DNA of 64,000 bases from Armatimonadota bacterium (GTDB lineage Bacteria > Armatimonadota > HRBIN16). The first letter of the stretch is position 1. Every line of letters begins with the position of its first letter. Made by a program: the position numbers and the translations under genes. A model generated the notes under the pieces. The model ran no database searches. It saw only the letters and a list, made by a program, of their open reading frames with translations, and had not been told where the DNA came from. The stretch is taken from assembly GCA_963677485.1 (NCBI GenBank), contig OY781964.1:2784001-2848000 (forward strand), read 5' to 3'. Below, piece after piece: positions 9,359 through 19,694 of this stretch.

Positions 9359-11374
9359 TTGACAGAGCCCCTTCCCACAACGCACCTGCTGACCCCATGG
9401 TCAGACAAAATAGACAAACAGTGTCCCTGGCCGGAGTATCCCCGCCCGCAGATGGTGCGCGGCAACTGGCAGAACCTGAACGGAGCCTGGAACTACGCCA
9501 TTTTGCCCACAGAGGCATCGGCCCCTGAGCAGTTCGATGGCGAAATCCTGGTGCCGTATCCCGTGGAATCCGTGCTCTCCGGCGTGCAGAAGAGCGTTGG
9601 GCCAGAGAACAAGGTATGGTATCAGCGCAGTTTTACGGTGGCTAGCTTGACGCATGGCAACCGGCTCTGGCTGCACTTCGGGGCTGTGGACTGGCATACG
9701 CAGGTCTGGATCAACGGCCAGATGGTGGGCGAGCACAAAGGCGGATATCTGCCCTTCCAGTTCGACATCACCGATGCGCTGGTGGAGGGTGAGCAAACCA
9801 TCACCGTGGCGGTCTGGGACCCCACCGATACCAAGAGTTATCCGCGCGGTAAGCAGGTTCTCCATCCTGAGGGCATCTGGTATACTCCCGTGACGGGCAT
9901 CTGGCAGACCGTCTGGCTGGAAGTCGCGGCCGCCAACGGCATCAGCAGCGTCAAGGTAGAAGGCGACCTCGAGACCGAATCGGCGGTCATCACAGTGAAC
10001 AGCTATGCCGGCAGCCAGAAACTGCGTGTGGTGGTTCAGGCCGTGTTGGACGGCATGGTGGTGGGCACCGCCTCTGGCTGGCCCAACGAGCCCATGCAGA
10101 TGACGCTGGATGCCGTCAGGCCATGGTCACCCGAAAACCCGGCCTTGTATGACCTGCAAGTGAAGCTGATGCAGGATGAGAAGCTGATTGACGAGGTGCA
10201 GAGCTACTTCGCGCTGCGCACCGTAGAGCGCCGACGTGATGCCAACGGTGTGCTTCGCATGTATCTGAACGGCAACCCATGCTTCATGATCGGGCCCCTC
10301 GATCAGGGCTGGTGGCCTGATGGGCTATATATCCCTGCCACGGACGAAGCACTGCGGTTTGATGTGGCAGCCACCCTCGAGCTGGGTTACAACATGGCCC
10401 GCAAGCACATCAAGGTGGAGCCCGAGCGCTGGTACTACTGGTGCGACAAGCTGGGTCTGATGGTCTGGCAGGACATGCCCAGTGGATTCGTCGTCGGCCA
10501 GGCCATTCCGCCCGGTGCCGCAGAAGATGCCGTGCTGGATGAAGCCGCCAACGCCCATTTCCTGGTGGAGTTGGATGGCATGATCGAGGCCCTCAGGGCA
10601 CACCCCAGCATCGTCGTCTGGGTGCCGTTCAATGAAGGCTGGGGGCAGCATGACACCAATACTATTCTGGAACGCGTGAAGAATGCCGATACCACTCGGC
10701 TGGTGGATGGTCCTACCGGTTGGGAAGACCGCGGTTATGGCGACATGATCGACATGCACAACTACCCAGGGCCAGGAATGTTTGAGGTGATGGAGTCCCG
10801 AATCAGCGTGCTGGGCGAGTTCGGCGGGCTGGCCTACGCGGTGCCCGGACATCTGTGGTGGGACCACAACTTCGGCTATCGCAGCTTTGGCACCCGCGAG
10901 GAGCTGGTGCGCCAGTATATCCGGCTGATGAAGCGACTCTGCTGGCTGAAGAGCCAGGGGCTATCCGCGGCGGTGTATACGCAGACCACGGACGTTGAGG
11001 GTGAAATCAACGGCCTGCTGACTTACGACCGCGCCATCTGGAAGCTGCTGCCGGAGGAGATTGCCGTATGGCATCAGCGCGTCATCGAATGCGATGATAC
11101 GTTCAAGCGATGCTCCATGGAGATAAAATGGGACAGCTCCACCGGCTTGGTGGAGCTTGACCCCGACGCCTTCTTCTACCCTCATCTGGAGTGCGAAGGT
11201 GCCGGCAAGGTCATGCTGAACGGCCAAGTTTTTGCGGAGCTTAGCGAAGGCAAACACAGCATCGGCTTCAGTATCGACCAGCACAACATGCTGGTGAATG
11301 GTGCCAACACATGGCAGCTTGAAGGCGAGTTGCGGGGCGTGCAACTGGTGGACATCTGCCCGGAAGCCGAATAA
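9359..11374 (+). CDS. Glycoside hydrolase family 2 (beta-galactosidase/glucuronidase-like)
   Basis: EYPRPQMVR..WQNLNG, LHFGAVDW, TGIWQTVWLE, RKHIKVEP, WVPFNEGWGQ and LGEFGG motifs. Likely TTG start at 9359 after GGAGG (ORF track 9299). Confidence 0.9.
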   Translation: MTEPLPTTHLLTPWSDKIDKQCPWPEYPRPQMVRGNWQNLNGAWNYAILPTEASAPEQFDGEILVPYPVESVLSGVQKSVGPENKVWYQRSFTVASLTHGNRLWLHFGAVDWHTQVWINGQMVGEHKGGYLPFQFDITDALVEGEQTITVAVWDPTDTKSYPRGKQVLHPEGIWYTPVTGIWQTVWLEVAAANGISSVKVEGDLETESAVITVNSYAGSQKLRVVVQAVLDGMVVGTASGWPNEPMQMTLDAVRPWSPENPALYDLQVKLMQDEKLIDEVQSYFALRTVERRRDANGVLRMYLNGNPCFMIGPLDQGWWPDGLYIPATDEALRFDVAATLELGYNMARKHIKVEPERWYYWCDKLGLMVWQDMPSGFVVGQAIPPGAAEDAVLDEAANAHFLVELDGMIEALRAHPSIVVWVPFNEGWGQHDTNTILERVKNADTTRLVDGPTGWEDRGYGDMIDMHNYPGPGMFEVMESRISVLGEFGGLAYAVPGHLWWDHNFGYRSFGTREELVRQYIRLMKRLCWLKSQGLSAAVYTQTTDVEGEINGLLTYDRAIWKLLPEEIAVWHQRVIECDDTFKRCSMEIKWDSSTGLVELDPDAFFYPHLECEGAGKVMLNGQVFAELSEGKHSIGFSIDQHNMLVNGANTWQLEGELRGVQLVDICPEAE

Positions 11375-11385
11375 GCGAAATCCCT

Positions 11386-11407
11386 GGGGCACCGAATTCG
11401 GTGCCCC
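11386..11407. terminator. Perfect palindrome downstream of the GH2 gene (terminator or REP)
   Basis: GGGGCACCGAATTCGGTGCCCC just after the stop; a related hairpin at 16931-16956 lies between adhE and rex. Confidence 0.5.
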
Positions 11408-11767
11408 GGGCTGATTGCACCTTCTCTAGTTTTAAGCCCCACTCATAAAACTAACTAGTGATTCATATAGTAGCTTAGCTTAGTGTACGTACTATATACC
11501 TATAATATATCATCAAACATTTCGTTTTCATAAGAAATTTCGCCGAAACGAGGAAAACCTAATTGCAAACATCTCAAAGAAACCTCATGTCCAAAATGGC
11601 TAAAATTCATATGATAACGTATATATTGCCATAAATATGTCATTTAACATCACAATGGACTGGGGTCGATTTTTTGTTTTTTTGGCGTAGTTTACACCAA
11701 TCCAGCCGATGAGGCGGGCTTTTCATGTTGTTCCCCTTCGGGCGGGTGCCTGCATCAGGGAATCTCT

Positions 11768-12877
11768 TCAAAAAGTCCTTAGCACACGATAGCTGATGAA
11801 CTGCTCGCGTATGGGGAAGCTCTGTTCGCCGCCGTCGTACGGAATCACCAGAAAGACAAACCACACGGAATACACCCTACGTTCAGTCCCACCCCTGATG
11901 CTGAACGTGGACACGCGGTAATCATATCTGTTCACACTCCTTAAATAAGCTCCGTCCGCTAACGCCCCATTCGTCAGTATCGTCTGCAGGGTATTATATG
12001 GCTTCGCGCTTTTATCTTGGGGGTCGCGGTTCAATATCGCCCATTTTATGGCCGCCCGCAGCTCCTTTTCCGTGAGTGCAGGTTGAGATTTGCCCACAGC
12101 ATCGGCTTGAGCTTTCACATTGAACGCCTTCACCACATCGGGCAATTTGGTGGGGACGGGAAGGGCGCGACTCTCCTCGACTTGGTCTGGGGCCTGGGCA
12201 CCCACGATGATGGTGTTGCCGTTGTAGTCTCTGGTCACCATGCCAAGTCTCGTGGCAAATTCGGAGGCACCTGTGCCGACGGGATGTATATCTGCAGCTC
12301 GTGACGCTTGCAATGTCGGTTTTCCCTGTGCCTCCATTTCCAGAACGCGATGGCTTATGAACCGCTCGCGGATAGAGAACGAGCTGACGCCGCCATCACG
12401 TGGTATCACCAAGCGCACGGACCACACATTGAATTCGAATAGATCCGAACCGCCATTCTTGCTCTCGAGATAGGGTCCAAGGCGTCGGTATCGGTTCACA
12501 CTCTGAAGGTAAGCACCGTCCACTAACGCTTTGTTTGTGATGATCTTCCGTATTGTTGCATATTGCTGTTTCGTGGCCTGCTTTGGGTCGGGTGTGATTA
12601 TTTCCGAATTTAACGCCCCGATCAGCTCATTCACGGTGAGCGGCGGCTGAGTTTTGCCTACAGGGTCACTTTTTGCTTTGGTATTGAACTCCTTAACTAC
12701 ATCTAGTAGTTTGCTGGGTACCGGTAATGTGCGGCTATCCTCAACCTGGTCCTGGGCCTGGGCCCCGACTATGATACTGACGCCGGGCACAGCCTTTACT
12801 ATCTGAGACGCCATGGCGGTCGATGATATCACCGCGAGGAGTGATAGTGTGGTAACAGCGTTCTTATGGTATTTCAT
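11768..12877 (-). CDS. Secreted hypothetical protein with two tandem copies of an unrecognised ~140 aa domain
   Basis: Signal peptide; IIVGAQA.DQVE.SR.LPVP.KL.DVVK.FN.KA..D.VGK.QP.LT..EL...GAYL.SVNRY...VW.V.LVIP.DGG..SF.IRE.FIS.RVL occurs twice. Confidence 0.75.
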   Translation of the reverse strand: MKYHKNAVTTLSLLAVISSTAMASQIVKAVPGVSIIVGAQAQDQVEDSRTLPVPSKLLDVVKEFNTKAKSDPVGKTQPPLTVNELIGALNSEIITPDPKQATKQQYATIRKIITNKALVDGAYLQSVNRYRRLGPYLESKNGGSDLFEFNVWSVRLVIPRDGGVSSFSIRERFISHRVLEMEAQGKPTLQASRAADIHPVGTGASEFATRLGMVTRDYNGNTIIVGAQAPDQVEESRALPVPTKLPDVVKAFNVKAQADAVGKSQPALTEKELRAAIKWAILNRDPQDKSAKPYNTLQTILTNGALADGAYLRSVNRYDYRVSTFSIRGGTERRVYSVWFVFLVIPYDGGEQSFPIREQFISYRVLRTF

Positions 12878-12904
12878 CGGACCCCTCTTATATTGCTAGT
12901 TGAG

Positions 12905-14284
12905 CTAGCGTTCTATCGTCGGTACAACGGTAGGCATTGGCGTCTGGTCACGCACAGCACCGTATAGATTCAACCACCTGCGGCCTACAGGACGGATCAG
13001 GGAGCCGTCATCCATCATTACCCACTCTTTGCTCCAGGGCGTATTGGGGCCCTGGGTGGTTTCATTCACCCGTTCTGACGTCTTGCCTGGCGACATCAGT
13101 ATCAGCCCACCCTCTGCGCCTGGCGATATGGTCAGGTGTGCTGCACTAGCGATCACTTCCAACACTGCGCCTAGCGGAATTCCGCGCGCCTCAGTCTTCA
13201 CGCTGATGTCGTTCGGCACCTTAGCATCGACGGTGATCTTTAGCGAGGTCACCTTTGAGAGTGCCTCCGCTGCCTGGCGTATTCTTGCGGACTTCAGCAC
13301 AATATCGACGGGTTTTGCGAGTGTAACCAACCGTCGTGCGGCCGCCAGAGCAGCCGTACACTCAGCTATCTGCTCGCGCAGTTGTTTCATGTCAGCATTT
13401 AGTTGTGGCAACACCTGTTGCTTGGGGGGCCGACTTTCTCTTCTCTTCGCTGTTTCCCTATATCTTAAGGACAGATGCTGCTGCGCCGTCAAGAATTTCA
13501 GCTCAGATTGTAATTCGTTGAGCTGAGACGACAGCAAGCGGATTTGGTTGTTGATAGCCCGCAAAGGTTCTTGAATCTCGGTATATGCACCGTCGGCGGC
13601 CTGGTCAGTGGGTGAGGCTGCAGTGGGATCTGACACATTCGGAGCAGGTGAAAGCATAGGGAGAGCCTCAATAGTGCCGCTTCTCCCATTCTCCCGTCGT
13701 TTTATCTCTTCTGGCGTTAACCAACGGCATCGAATGAACTGCTCGCGGATCGGGATTGCGTGGGTGCCGTGCTGATTTGGGATCACTAACCGCACAGACC
13801 ACACAGTAAATGTCATGCCGTTGTTTTCATATCCGGTCAGCACTTCAAGATAGGCGTCATCTGCGAGAGTTCGGGACATGGCAATCTTCTCAAGTGTGGC
13901 ATTTTCCGCGGGCGACATCATCTTTGGCACTGGGTTCTTGATCATCCATTGGATGAAGGCCAGTAACTCATCTTCGGTCAATTCGGGCTGGTCTTTGCCT
14001 ACAGGGTCTGCCGCAGCTTTCCTATTGAACTCTTGAATCGCTGCAGATAGCGTGGCGGGGTGAGGTATCTCGGTCTCAGCAGCTACCAGGAGAGATGGAG
14101 CGATATCGGTCGCAACGTAGGGCCCCATGGGCAGCCGGTCATCATGATTTGCACCAGTGGCCGCCGGGGTATTGTCGGCGGCGCGGCAGGGCATCATATT
14201 CGAAGCCGTTAACGCGAGTGCTGCCAGCACAACCATCGTGATCCGTGCATTTTTTGTCATTTCGCTCTCCATGTGTCTATTCAT
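12905..14284 (-). CDS. Secreted protein: same unrecognised domain + coiled coil + STN-like domain
   Basis: Signal peptide (likely start at MTKNARITMVV); EFNRKAAADPVGKDQPELTEDEL...VWSVRLVIP...IREQFIRCR; heptad region; C-terminal IRQAAEALS...GIPLGAVLEVIA (STN/secretin-N0-like). Confidence 0.7.
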   Translation of the reverse strand: MNRHMESEMTKNARITMVVLAALALTASNMMPCRAADNTPAATGANHDDRLPMGPYVATDIAPSLLVAAETEIPHPATLSAAIQEFNRKAAADPVGKDQPELTEDELLAFIQWMIKNPVPKMMSPAENATLEKIAMSRTLADDAYLEVLTGYENNGMTFTVWSVRLVIPNQHGTHAIPIREQFIRCRWLTPEEIKRRENGRSGTIEALPMLSPAPNVSDPTAASPTDQAADGAYTEIQEPLRAINNQIRLLSSQLNELQSELKFLTAQQHLSLRYRETAKRRESRPPKQQVLPQLNADMKQLREQIAECTAALAAARRLVTLAKPVDIVLKSARIRQAAEALSKVTSLKITVDAKVPNDISVKTEARGIPLGAVLEVIASAAHLTISPGAEGGLILMSPGKTSERVNETTQGPNTPWSKEWVMMDDGSLIRPVGRRWLNLYGAVRDQTPMPTVVPTIER

Positions 14285-15146
14285 CGCGGCGCAGTGAGGT
14301 AACTACCGTAACCGTGAATGATGGTGTTGGGCGAGAACCCGAAATCGCCACCTCTTCTTGAGTGCGTTGGGTGTAAGGGTCATCGGTAATGGTCCACTCG
14401 GTTTTCGCGCGGTGACCGTCCTTGTCTGTGCTCCAGGCCGAGGCATATGCATATCCGATTTCATCGTCCGCGGCATAGCCGGTAGACACTTTGATCGATG
14501 GCATCGTGCGTGCGAGCACAAACTGGGTCGTTGCACTAACCCTGTTGTCATCAACTGTGCTCAGTGATCGAATGGAGTTTGGCTTCTCCAGTCGCTGCTC
14601 TCCAACATATTGGTCCGTACGGGCACTCTGGGTCGGAAAGGGCGTATACGGGGGTACACTGGCTATTTGCCTTAGCGCGACCACACGCTCAACTCGCTGC
14701 GGCTGTTGAGGAGATACCACAGGATATCGATGCGGCACAGCGACACTTTTCACGGTGCTCAACATGGCTTTTAGTTGGACAGCCGGTCCGACATGCTTGA
14801 CTTCGGGAATAACTGTGGGCTTCACCATGTGGGTTTCTGACCGGACACTGGCTGGCTTCGATGCAATTCTCGCTTGGTTATTGGCTTCGTCCCTGTGTGA
14901 GTTCACGCTCCAGACCACTCCTATCACAACCACCGCCAACACGATTGCCGGAACAGCCCACAGCAGATTTGGGCGTTTAACCTGGACATGGGACAGGCGT
15001 GAGGCTGCCGCCGCATCTGCCAGGAGACGCTGCTTCAACCCCTCCAACGGGGCGGGAAGAGGGGCATTGCGCATCGCCAGCTCCAATAGTCTGCGTTCTT
15101 GTCTGACCCTATAGCTTCGGCGTATGAATGATATCAACCTATTCAC
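14277..15146 (-). CDS. Putative single-TM anti-sigma factor
   Basis: Directly downstream of and overlapping the ECF sigma gene; short cytoplasmic N-terminus, one TM (WAVPAIVLAVVVIGVVW) and a Pro-rich periplasmic linker. Confidence 0.65.
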   Translation of the reverse strand: MNRLISFIRRSYRVRQERRLLELAMRNAPLPAPLEGLKQRLLADAAAASRLSHVQVKRPNLLWAVPAIVLAVVVIGVVWSVNSHRDEANNQARIASKPASVRSETHMVKPTVIPEVKHVGPAVQLKAMLSTVKSVAVPHRYPVVSPQQPQRVERVVALRQIASVPPYTPFPTQSARTDQYVGEQRLEKPNSIRSLSTVDDNRVSATTQFVLARTMPSIKVSTGYAADDEIGYAYASAWSTDKDGHRAKTEWTITDDPYTQRTQEEVAISGSRPTPSFTVTVVTSLRRDE

Positions 15147-15699
15147 TATCTTCGATCTCCTCCCTCAGAGCGGTTCGCAGCTTCTCGAATGCGACGAAAA
15201 GACGTGTCTTCACCGTGCCTAACGGCAGGCCAAGAATGTCGGCCACTTCGCGGTATTTCAACCCCTGGGTGCATCGCAACACCACGACCTCTCGGTATAT
15301 CAGCGGCAACTCGGTCACAGCCTGCTGCACTTTTTGGTTCATCTCTTCCGCCCTCAGCCGTTCGATCAACTCAGGCATGGGGTCAGGAGAAACCAGGGTG
15401 TCTTCATCTATTGGTTCGGTCTGTGGATGGTCGCGCCGCATATACTCACGGCAGACGTTCAGGGCGATGGTATGCATCCAGGTCGCCAGTGACGCACGCC
15501 CCTCAAACTTGTCCAACGACCGCCAAGCCGTTGCGAAAGTGTCCTGTGTCAAATCTTCAGCCAGTGCCACGTCCCTGGTCATGCGGTAAAGGAACGCATA
15601 TATCCGTTCATAATGCGTTTCTACTACCTCGCTATATGCCTTCATCTGACCGTTGCTCAGTTCCCGCAATAGCTTGCGGTCGCGGTATGACATGGCCAC
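15139..15699 (-). CDS. ECF RNA polymerase sigma-70 factor
   Basis: Region 2 AEDLTQDTF...FEGRASLATWMHTIALN and region 4 LPLIYREVVVLR...Y.EVADILGLPLGTVKTRL. Confidence 0.92.
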   Translation of the reverse strand: MAMSYRDRKLLRELSNGQMKAYSEVVETHYERIYAFLYRMTRDVALAEDLTQDTFATAWRSLDKFEGRASLATWMHTIALNVCREYMRRDHPQTEPIDEDTLVSPDPMPELIERLRAEEMNQKVQQAVTELPLIYREVVVLRCTQGLKYREVADILGLPLGTVKTRLFVAFEKLRTALREEIEDSE

Positions 15700-15834
15700 T
15701 CCAGTTTCGCTTATTTTGGCTTCCGTATATTTAGATGCAGTGAAGGCCTGTTTTGTTTGGTGAGGTGGTGGTGAGGAGGGACACGGTCTATTGACTACAG
15801 TTCATATGCCCACCCCCGCGCTCTAAAGGACAGC

Positions 15835-16110
15835 CAAAAACCCACAAATCCAGATTGGGATCGTATCGACCATGTTCCGCGACATAAATGTCTCGGCTAT
15901 TGATCAATAAGCCCGCTAAACCGGGCTGCGGAGCTCCTTGCCGACAAAGATAACGTTAATGAAGACTGCTTCAGCAGCCTTGGTGTTCAATAGCCGAGAC
16001 ATTTATGTCGCGGAATCGGTGACCTACTGGCCATGCTATATTTGTGGGTAATAGACTGACATTTATGTCGCGGAATCGGTGGCCGTAGACCTTCAATTCA
16101 TTTGTAGGTA
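15835..16110. mobile_element. Non-autonomous REPIN/MITE-like element (family C)
   Basis: Perfect 29-bp inverted repeat TTCCGCGACATAAATGTCTCGGCTATTGA (15875-15903 / 15987-16015) and end motif TATTTGTGGGTAATAGAC (16039-16056); a homologous element lies at 53120-53371. Confidence 0.7.
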
Positions 16111-16265
16111 TTCGACCGGGTGACGAGACCCGCGGTAGCGTGTGCTGGTAGCCGGTGATGTGGTCGATCAGCCCGAGTCGACGGGTTCCATCGCCTCCTG
16201 CGGGCGCTGGCGGAGGCCACCCTGCGCCCTTGCGTTTGTAATCTTTTGCTCGCCTCAGCTGTCGT

Positions 16266-16910
16266 CTACAGATTCATCAGCTTGCGGCAGAGCACGGCCA
16301 GGCCGGTGGAGAGGTCCTCATTTTGCACGGCGATGCCTTTTGGCAGTTGCAGAGCCACGGAAGTGAAGTTCCAAATCCCCTTGATGCCTGCGGATACGAG
16401 CAATTGGGCCACCTCATGGGCGGCGGGTGAGGGCACGGTCAGGATGCCGATCTTGACCTCCAGCCTCCTCACGGTAGCGTCAAACGAGCTCATGGGAAGC
16501 ACTGGTATTCCGTGAATACTGCGGCCAACGATACTTTCATCACCATCAAATGCCGCCACTATACGCAGGCCATGCTTTTCAAAGGCGCGGTAGCCCAGCA
16601 GCGCAGTTCCCAGGTGGCCCACACCCACCAGCACCGCATCGCTGGTCATGTTCCAGCCCAGATACCTTTGGATACTTTCCACCAACTGCTGCACGGAATA
16701 GCCTATACGCGGCCGGCCTGTGACACCAGTCACCGACAGATCCTTACGTACCTGCACTTGATCCAGCTCCAACGCATTGGCGATGTGCGTGGTGCTGATG
16801 TTTTCCTGTCCGGTGCTTTGATACTCCAGCAAGACTTGAAGGTAGGCGGGCAGACGTCTGATGGTGGGTAGACTTCCGGTTTTGGCCGCAGGTTGTGTTG
16901 GCGTGGACAT
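16266..16910 (-). CDS. rex: Redox-sensing transcriptional repressor Rex
   Basis: PTIRRLPAY, QVRKDLS..G..G....GY wHTH and the VLVGVGHLG Rossmann motif; directly downstream of adhE. Confidence 0.93.
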   Translation of the reverse strand: MSTPTQPAAKTGSLPTIRRLPAYLQVLLEYQSTGQENISTTHIANALELDQVQVRKDLSVTGVTGRPRIGYSVQQLVESIQRYLGWNMTSDAVLVGVGHLGTALLGYRAFEKHGLRIVAAFDGDESIVGRSIHGIPVLPMSSFDATVRRLEVKIGILTVPSPAAHEVAQLLVSAGIKGIWNFTSVALQLPKGIAVQNEDLSTGLAVLCRKLMNL

Positions 16911-16975
16911 GAGTGCTCTCTTTCGTTGGTGTGGGGCACCAAATCAGATGCCCCACTATTCAGTGTATCTGGTGA

Positions 16976-19603
16976 TTACCCGTGGTAGGCTTTGACCAGG
17001 ATATCTTTCAGCTCTGTGACCAGCGGGTATCGCGGGTTTGCGCCTGTGCACTGGTCGTCGAAGGCATTCAGTGCCACATGATCCAGCCGGGCCATGAAGG
17101 CGGTTTCGTCCACCGCGCACTCTTTGAAGCTGCCGGGCATGTTCAGTTTCTGTCTGAGCTCATTCACAGCGGCGATCAAGCTGGCTACGCCCTCTTCGTT
17201 CGTGCTGGCTGGCAGGCCTATCGCAGCCGCAATCTCCTTGTATTTCCGGTCGGCCACCGGGAACTCGTAGTTGGCATACGCGGTATACTTGCTGGGCGTG
17301 GATGCGTTGTAGGCAATCACATGCGGCAGCAGTATCGCATTGGCCCGGCCGTGCGGCACGTGGAACTCGCCGCCGATTTTATGCGCCAGGCTGTGGTTGA
17401 TGCCCAGGAAGGCGTTAGTGAAGGCCATTCCCGCCATGCAGCTTGCGTTATGCATCTTCTCACGCGCCAGCTCGTTACTGGGCTGATCGTAAGCGATTGG
17501 CAGATACTTCATCACCATCCGAGCGGCCTGGATGGCCAGAGCATCGGTGTAATCGCTGGCGAGCACAGACACGTAAGCCTCGATGGCATGGGAAAGCACA
17601 TCCATTCCCGTGTCGGCGGTGACCGACTTTGGCACGCTGTAGGTGAGCTCGGGGTCCAGGATGGCGATGTCCGGCGTCAGCGCATAATCGGCTAGAGGAT
17701 ACTTGATCCCTGCGTTCTTATCTGTGATGACCGCAAATGCGGTGACCTCCGAGCCGGTGCCCGAGGTGGTGGGAATCGCCACGAACACGGCTTTCTTGCC
17801 CAGCACCGGGAACTGCACGGCCCGCTTGCGGATGTCCACAAAGCGAAGCGCCATGTCCTCAAAGCGGGTGTTCGGCTGCTCATAGAACAACCACATGCCC
17901 TTCGCCGCGTCGATGGGCGAGCCGCCGCCGAAGGCTACGATCACATCGGGCTGGTAGTGGCGCATCGCCTCTACACCTTTATATACGGTGTCGGTGCTGG
18001 GATCAGGCTCGACGTCGCTGAAGACCAGCGTATCCAGGCCCGCTTTGTGCAGATACTCCTCCACACGGTGGACAAAGCCCAACTGCACCATGGTGGGGTC
18101 GGTCACGATGAAGGCGCGTTCGCCCTGGATGTTCAGCAGATACTCAAGGCAGCCTTTTTCAAAGTAGACTTTCGGCGGGATTTTGATCCACTTCATGTTG
18201 ACCTTCCGCTTGCTCTGTCGTTTGATGTTCAGCAGGTTTCGCACGCTCACGTTCTCGCTGGTGCTGTTTCCGCCGAACGCGCCGCATCCCAGTGTGAGCG
18301 AGGGGTCCATGCGGTTGTAGATGTCACCGATGGCTCCAAAGCTGGTGGGCACGTTCTCCAGGATTCGGCTGGCGCGGATGCGCTGGCTGTAGGCGTGCAA
18401 TATGACCGGGTTCCGGCTGAAGATTCCTGCACTGTGCCCCAGCCCACCGAAGCCGGTCAGGCGGTCGCAGATGTCCATCGCTTCGTCGGTGGTTTTTGCG
18501 ACGTAGTATCCCAGAATGGGCGAGAGCTTCTCGCGGCTCAGTGGCTCTTGTGGGCCGACTTCGTCCAGAAGGGCGATGAGGATTTTGGTCGCGGCCGGCA
18601 CCGTGAACCCGGCGGCCACAGCGATTTCATTCGCCGGTTGGCCGACGACCGCTGCACTCATGCTGCCGCGCTTTTCATCGATGGCCACCTTCTCCACCAG
18701 CTTCTTTTCCTCTGGGTTGAGCACGTAGGCACCCTGCTGCACGAACCGCTCGAGCACGACCTTGGCGATGACCTCATCGACGACGACAGACTGTTCGCTG
18801 GCGCAGATGGTGCCGTTGTCGAAGGTCTTGCTCAGAATGATGTCATTCACGGCCATGTTGATGTTGGCGCTCTGCTCAATATACACAGGCACGTTGCCAG
18901 GGCCTACGCCCAGCGCCGGCTTGCCGGAGCTGTAGGCGGCGCGAACCATGCCGGATCCGCCCGTGGCCAGGATCAACGAGACACCGCTGTGCTTCATCAG
19001 CTCGTTCGTCTTGTCCACGGTGGGCAGCGTGATCCACTGGATGCAGTGGGCAGGGGCACCAGCGGCCACGGCTGCGTCACGCATCACTCGGGCTGCCTCC
19101 GCGCTGCACGCCTGTGCTTTGGGATGGAACGAGAAGATGATGGGATTACGTGTCTTCATCGCGATCAGCGACTTGAACATCGTGGTGGAGGTGGGGTTGG
19201 TGACCGGCGTGATACCCGCGATGACGCCCACGGGGTCGGCGATCTCCACGATACCCTCTTTGTCGTCCACGGTGATCTCACCGACGGTCTTTTCGTTCTT
19301 GATGTCGTGATATATATACTCAGTGGAGAACAGGTTTTTGGTGACCTTGTCCTCGAATACGCCCATACCGGTCTCTTCCACCGCCATGCGGGCCAGGTCG
19401 AGGCGCTTGGCTACCCCGGCCAGGGCCATTGCGCGGACGATGGCGTCCACCTGCACCTGGTCTAGTTGCATGAACTGCTGCAGTGCCTCAGAACCGTTGG
19501 CTACGAGCTGTTGCACCTCATTGTCGATCATGGGTTCTACTGGTTCCGCGGCCGCTGTTTCTGGCGTAACGGCCTGCTTTTTATTCGTAGCTTGTGCGCT
19601 CAT
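16976..19603 (-). CDS. adhE: Bifunctional acetaldehyde-CoA/alcohol dehydrogenase
   Basis: PVTNPTST, ATGGSGMVRAAYSSGKPALGVGPGN, KTFDNGTICASEQ and GCGAFGGNS in the ALDH part; GGGSPIDAAK, PTTSGTGSE and HSLAHKIG...HGRANA in the Fe-ADH part. Confidence 0.96.
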   Translation of the reverse strand: MSAQATNKKQAVTPETAAAEPVEPMIDNEVQQLVANGSEALQQFMQLDQVQVDAIVRAMALAGVAKRLDLARMAVEETGMGVFEDKVTKNLFSTEYIYHDIKNEKTVGEITVDDKEGIVEIADPVGVIAGITPVTNPTSTTMFKSLIAMKTRNPIIFSFHPKAQACSAEAARVMRDAAVAAGAPAHCIQWITLPTVDKTNELMKHSGVSLILATGGSGMVRAAYSSGKPALGVGPGNVPVYIEQSANINMAVNDIILSKTFDNGTICASEQSVVVDEVIAKVVLERFVQQGAYVLNPEEKKLVEKVAIDEKRGSMSAAVVGQPANEIAVAAGFTVPAATKILIALLDEVGPQEPLSREKLSPILGYYVAKTTDEAMDICDRLTGFGGLGHSAGIFSRNPVILHAYSQRIRASRILENVPTSFGAIGDIYNRMDPSLTLGCGAFGGNSTSENVSVRNLLNIKRQSKRKVNMKWIKIPPKVYFEKGCLEYLLNIQGERAFIVTDPTMVQLGFVHRVEEYLHKAGLDTLVFSDVEPDPSTDTVYKGVEAMRHYQPDVIVAFGGGSPIDAAKGMWLFYEQPNTRFEDMALRFVDIRKRAVQFPVLGKKAVFVAIPTTSGTGSEVTAFAVITDKNAGIKYPLADYALTPDIAILDPELTYSVPKSVTADTGMDVLSHAIEAYVSVLASDYTDALAIQAARMVMKYLPIAYDQPSNELAREKMHNASCMAGMAFTNAFLGINHSLAHKIGGEFHVPHGRANAILLPHVIAYNASTPSKYTAYANYEFPVADRKYKEIAAAIGLPASTNEEGVASLIAAVNELRQKLNMPGSFKECAVDETAFMARLDHVALNAFDDQCTGANPRYPLVTELKDILVKAYHG

Positions 19604-19694
19604 TGCATTATCCTTTCGCTCATTTGACGATGAGACTGTGCGTATCCTTAGTATAGAAGTCTGGGTAACTGACTAATTGTCACCGCAGAATATA

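Noticed and set aside
8892-9518. ORFs with periodic peptides (also 2068-2289, 8926-9291, 41935-42306)
   Set aside because: They are translations of the intergenic repeat modules, with no RBS and no domain.
11440-11760. Riboswitch or small gene in the AT-rich gap
   Set aside because: It lies between convergent genes; GCAAAC is present but the rest of a c-di-GMP-I motif is not; the short ORFs are unconvincing.
17957-19465. Long antisense ORFs (also 37259-38941, 53522-54907, 54956-56068, 59178-60275)
   Set aside because: They are shadow frames opposite well-supported high-GC genes.
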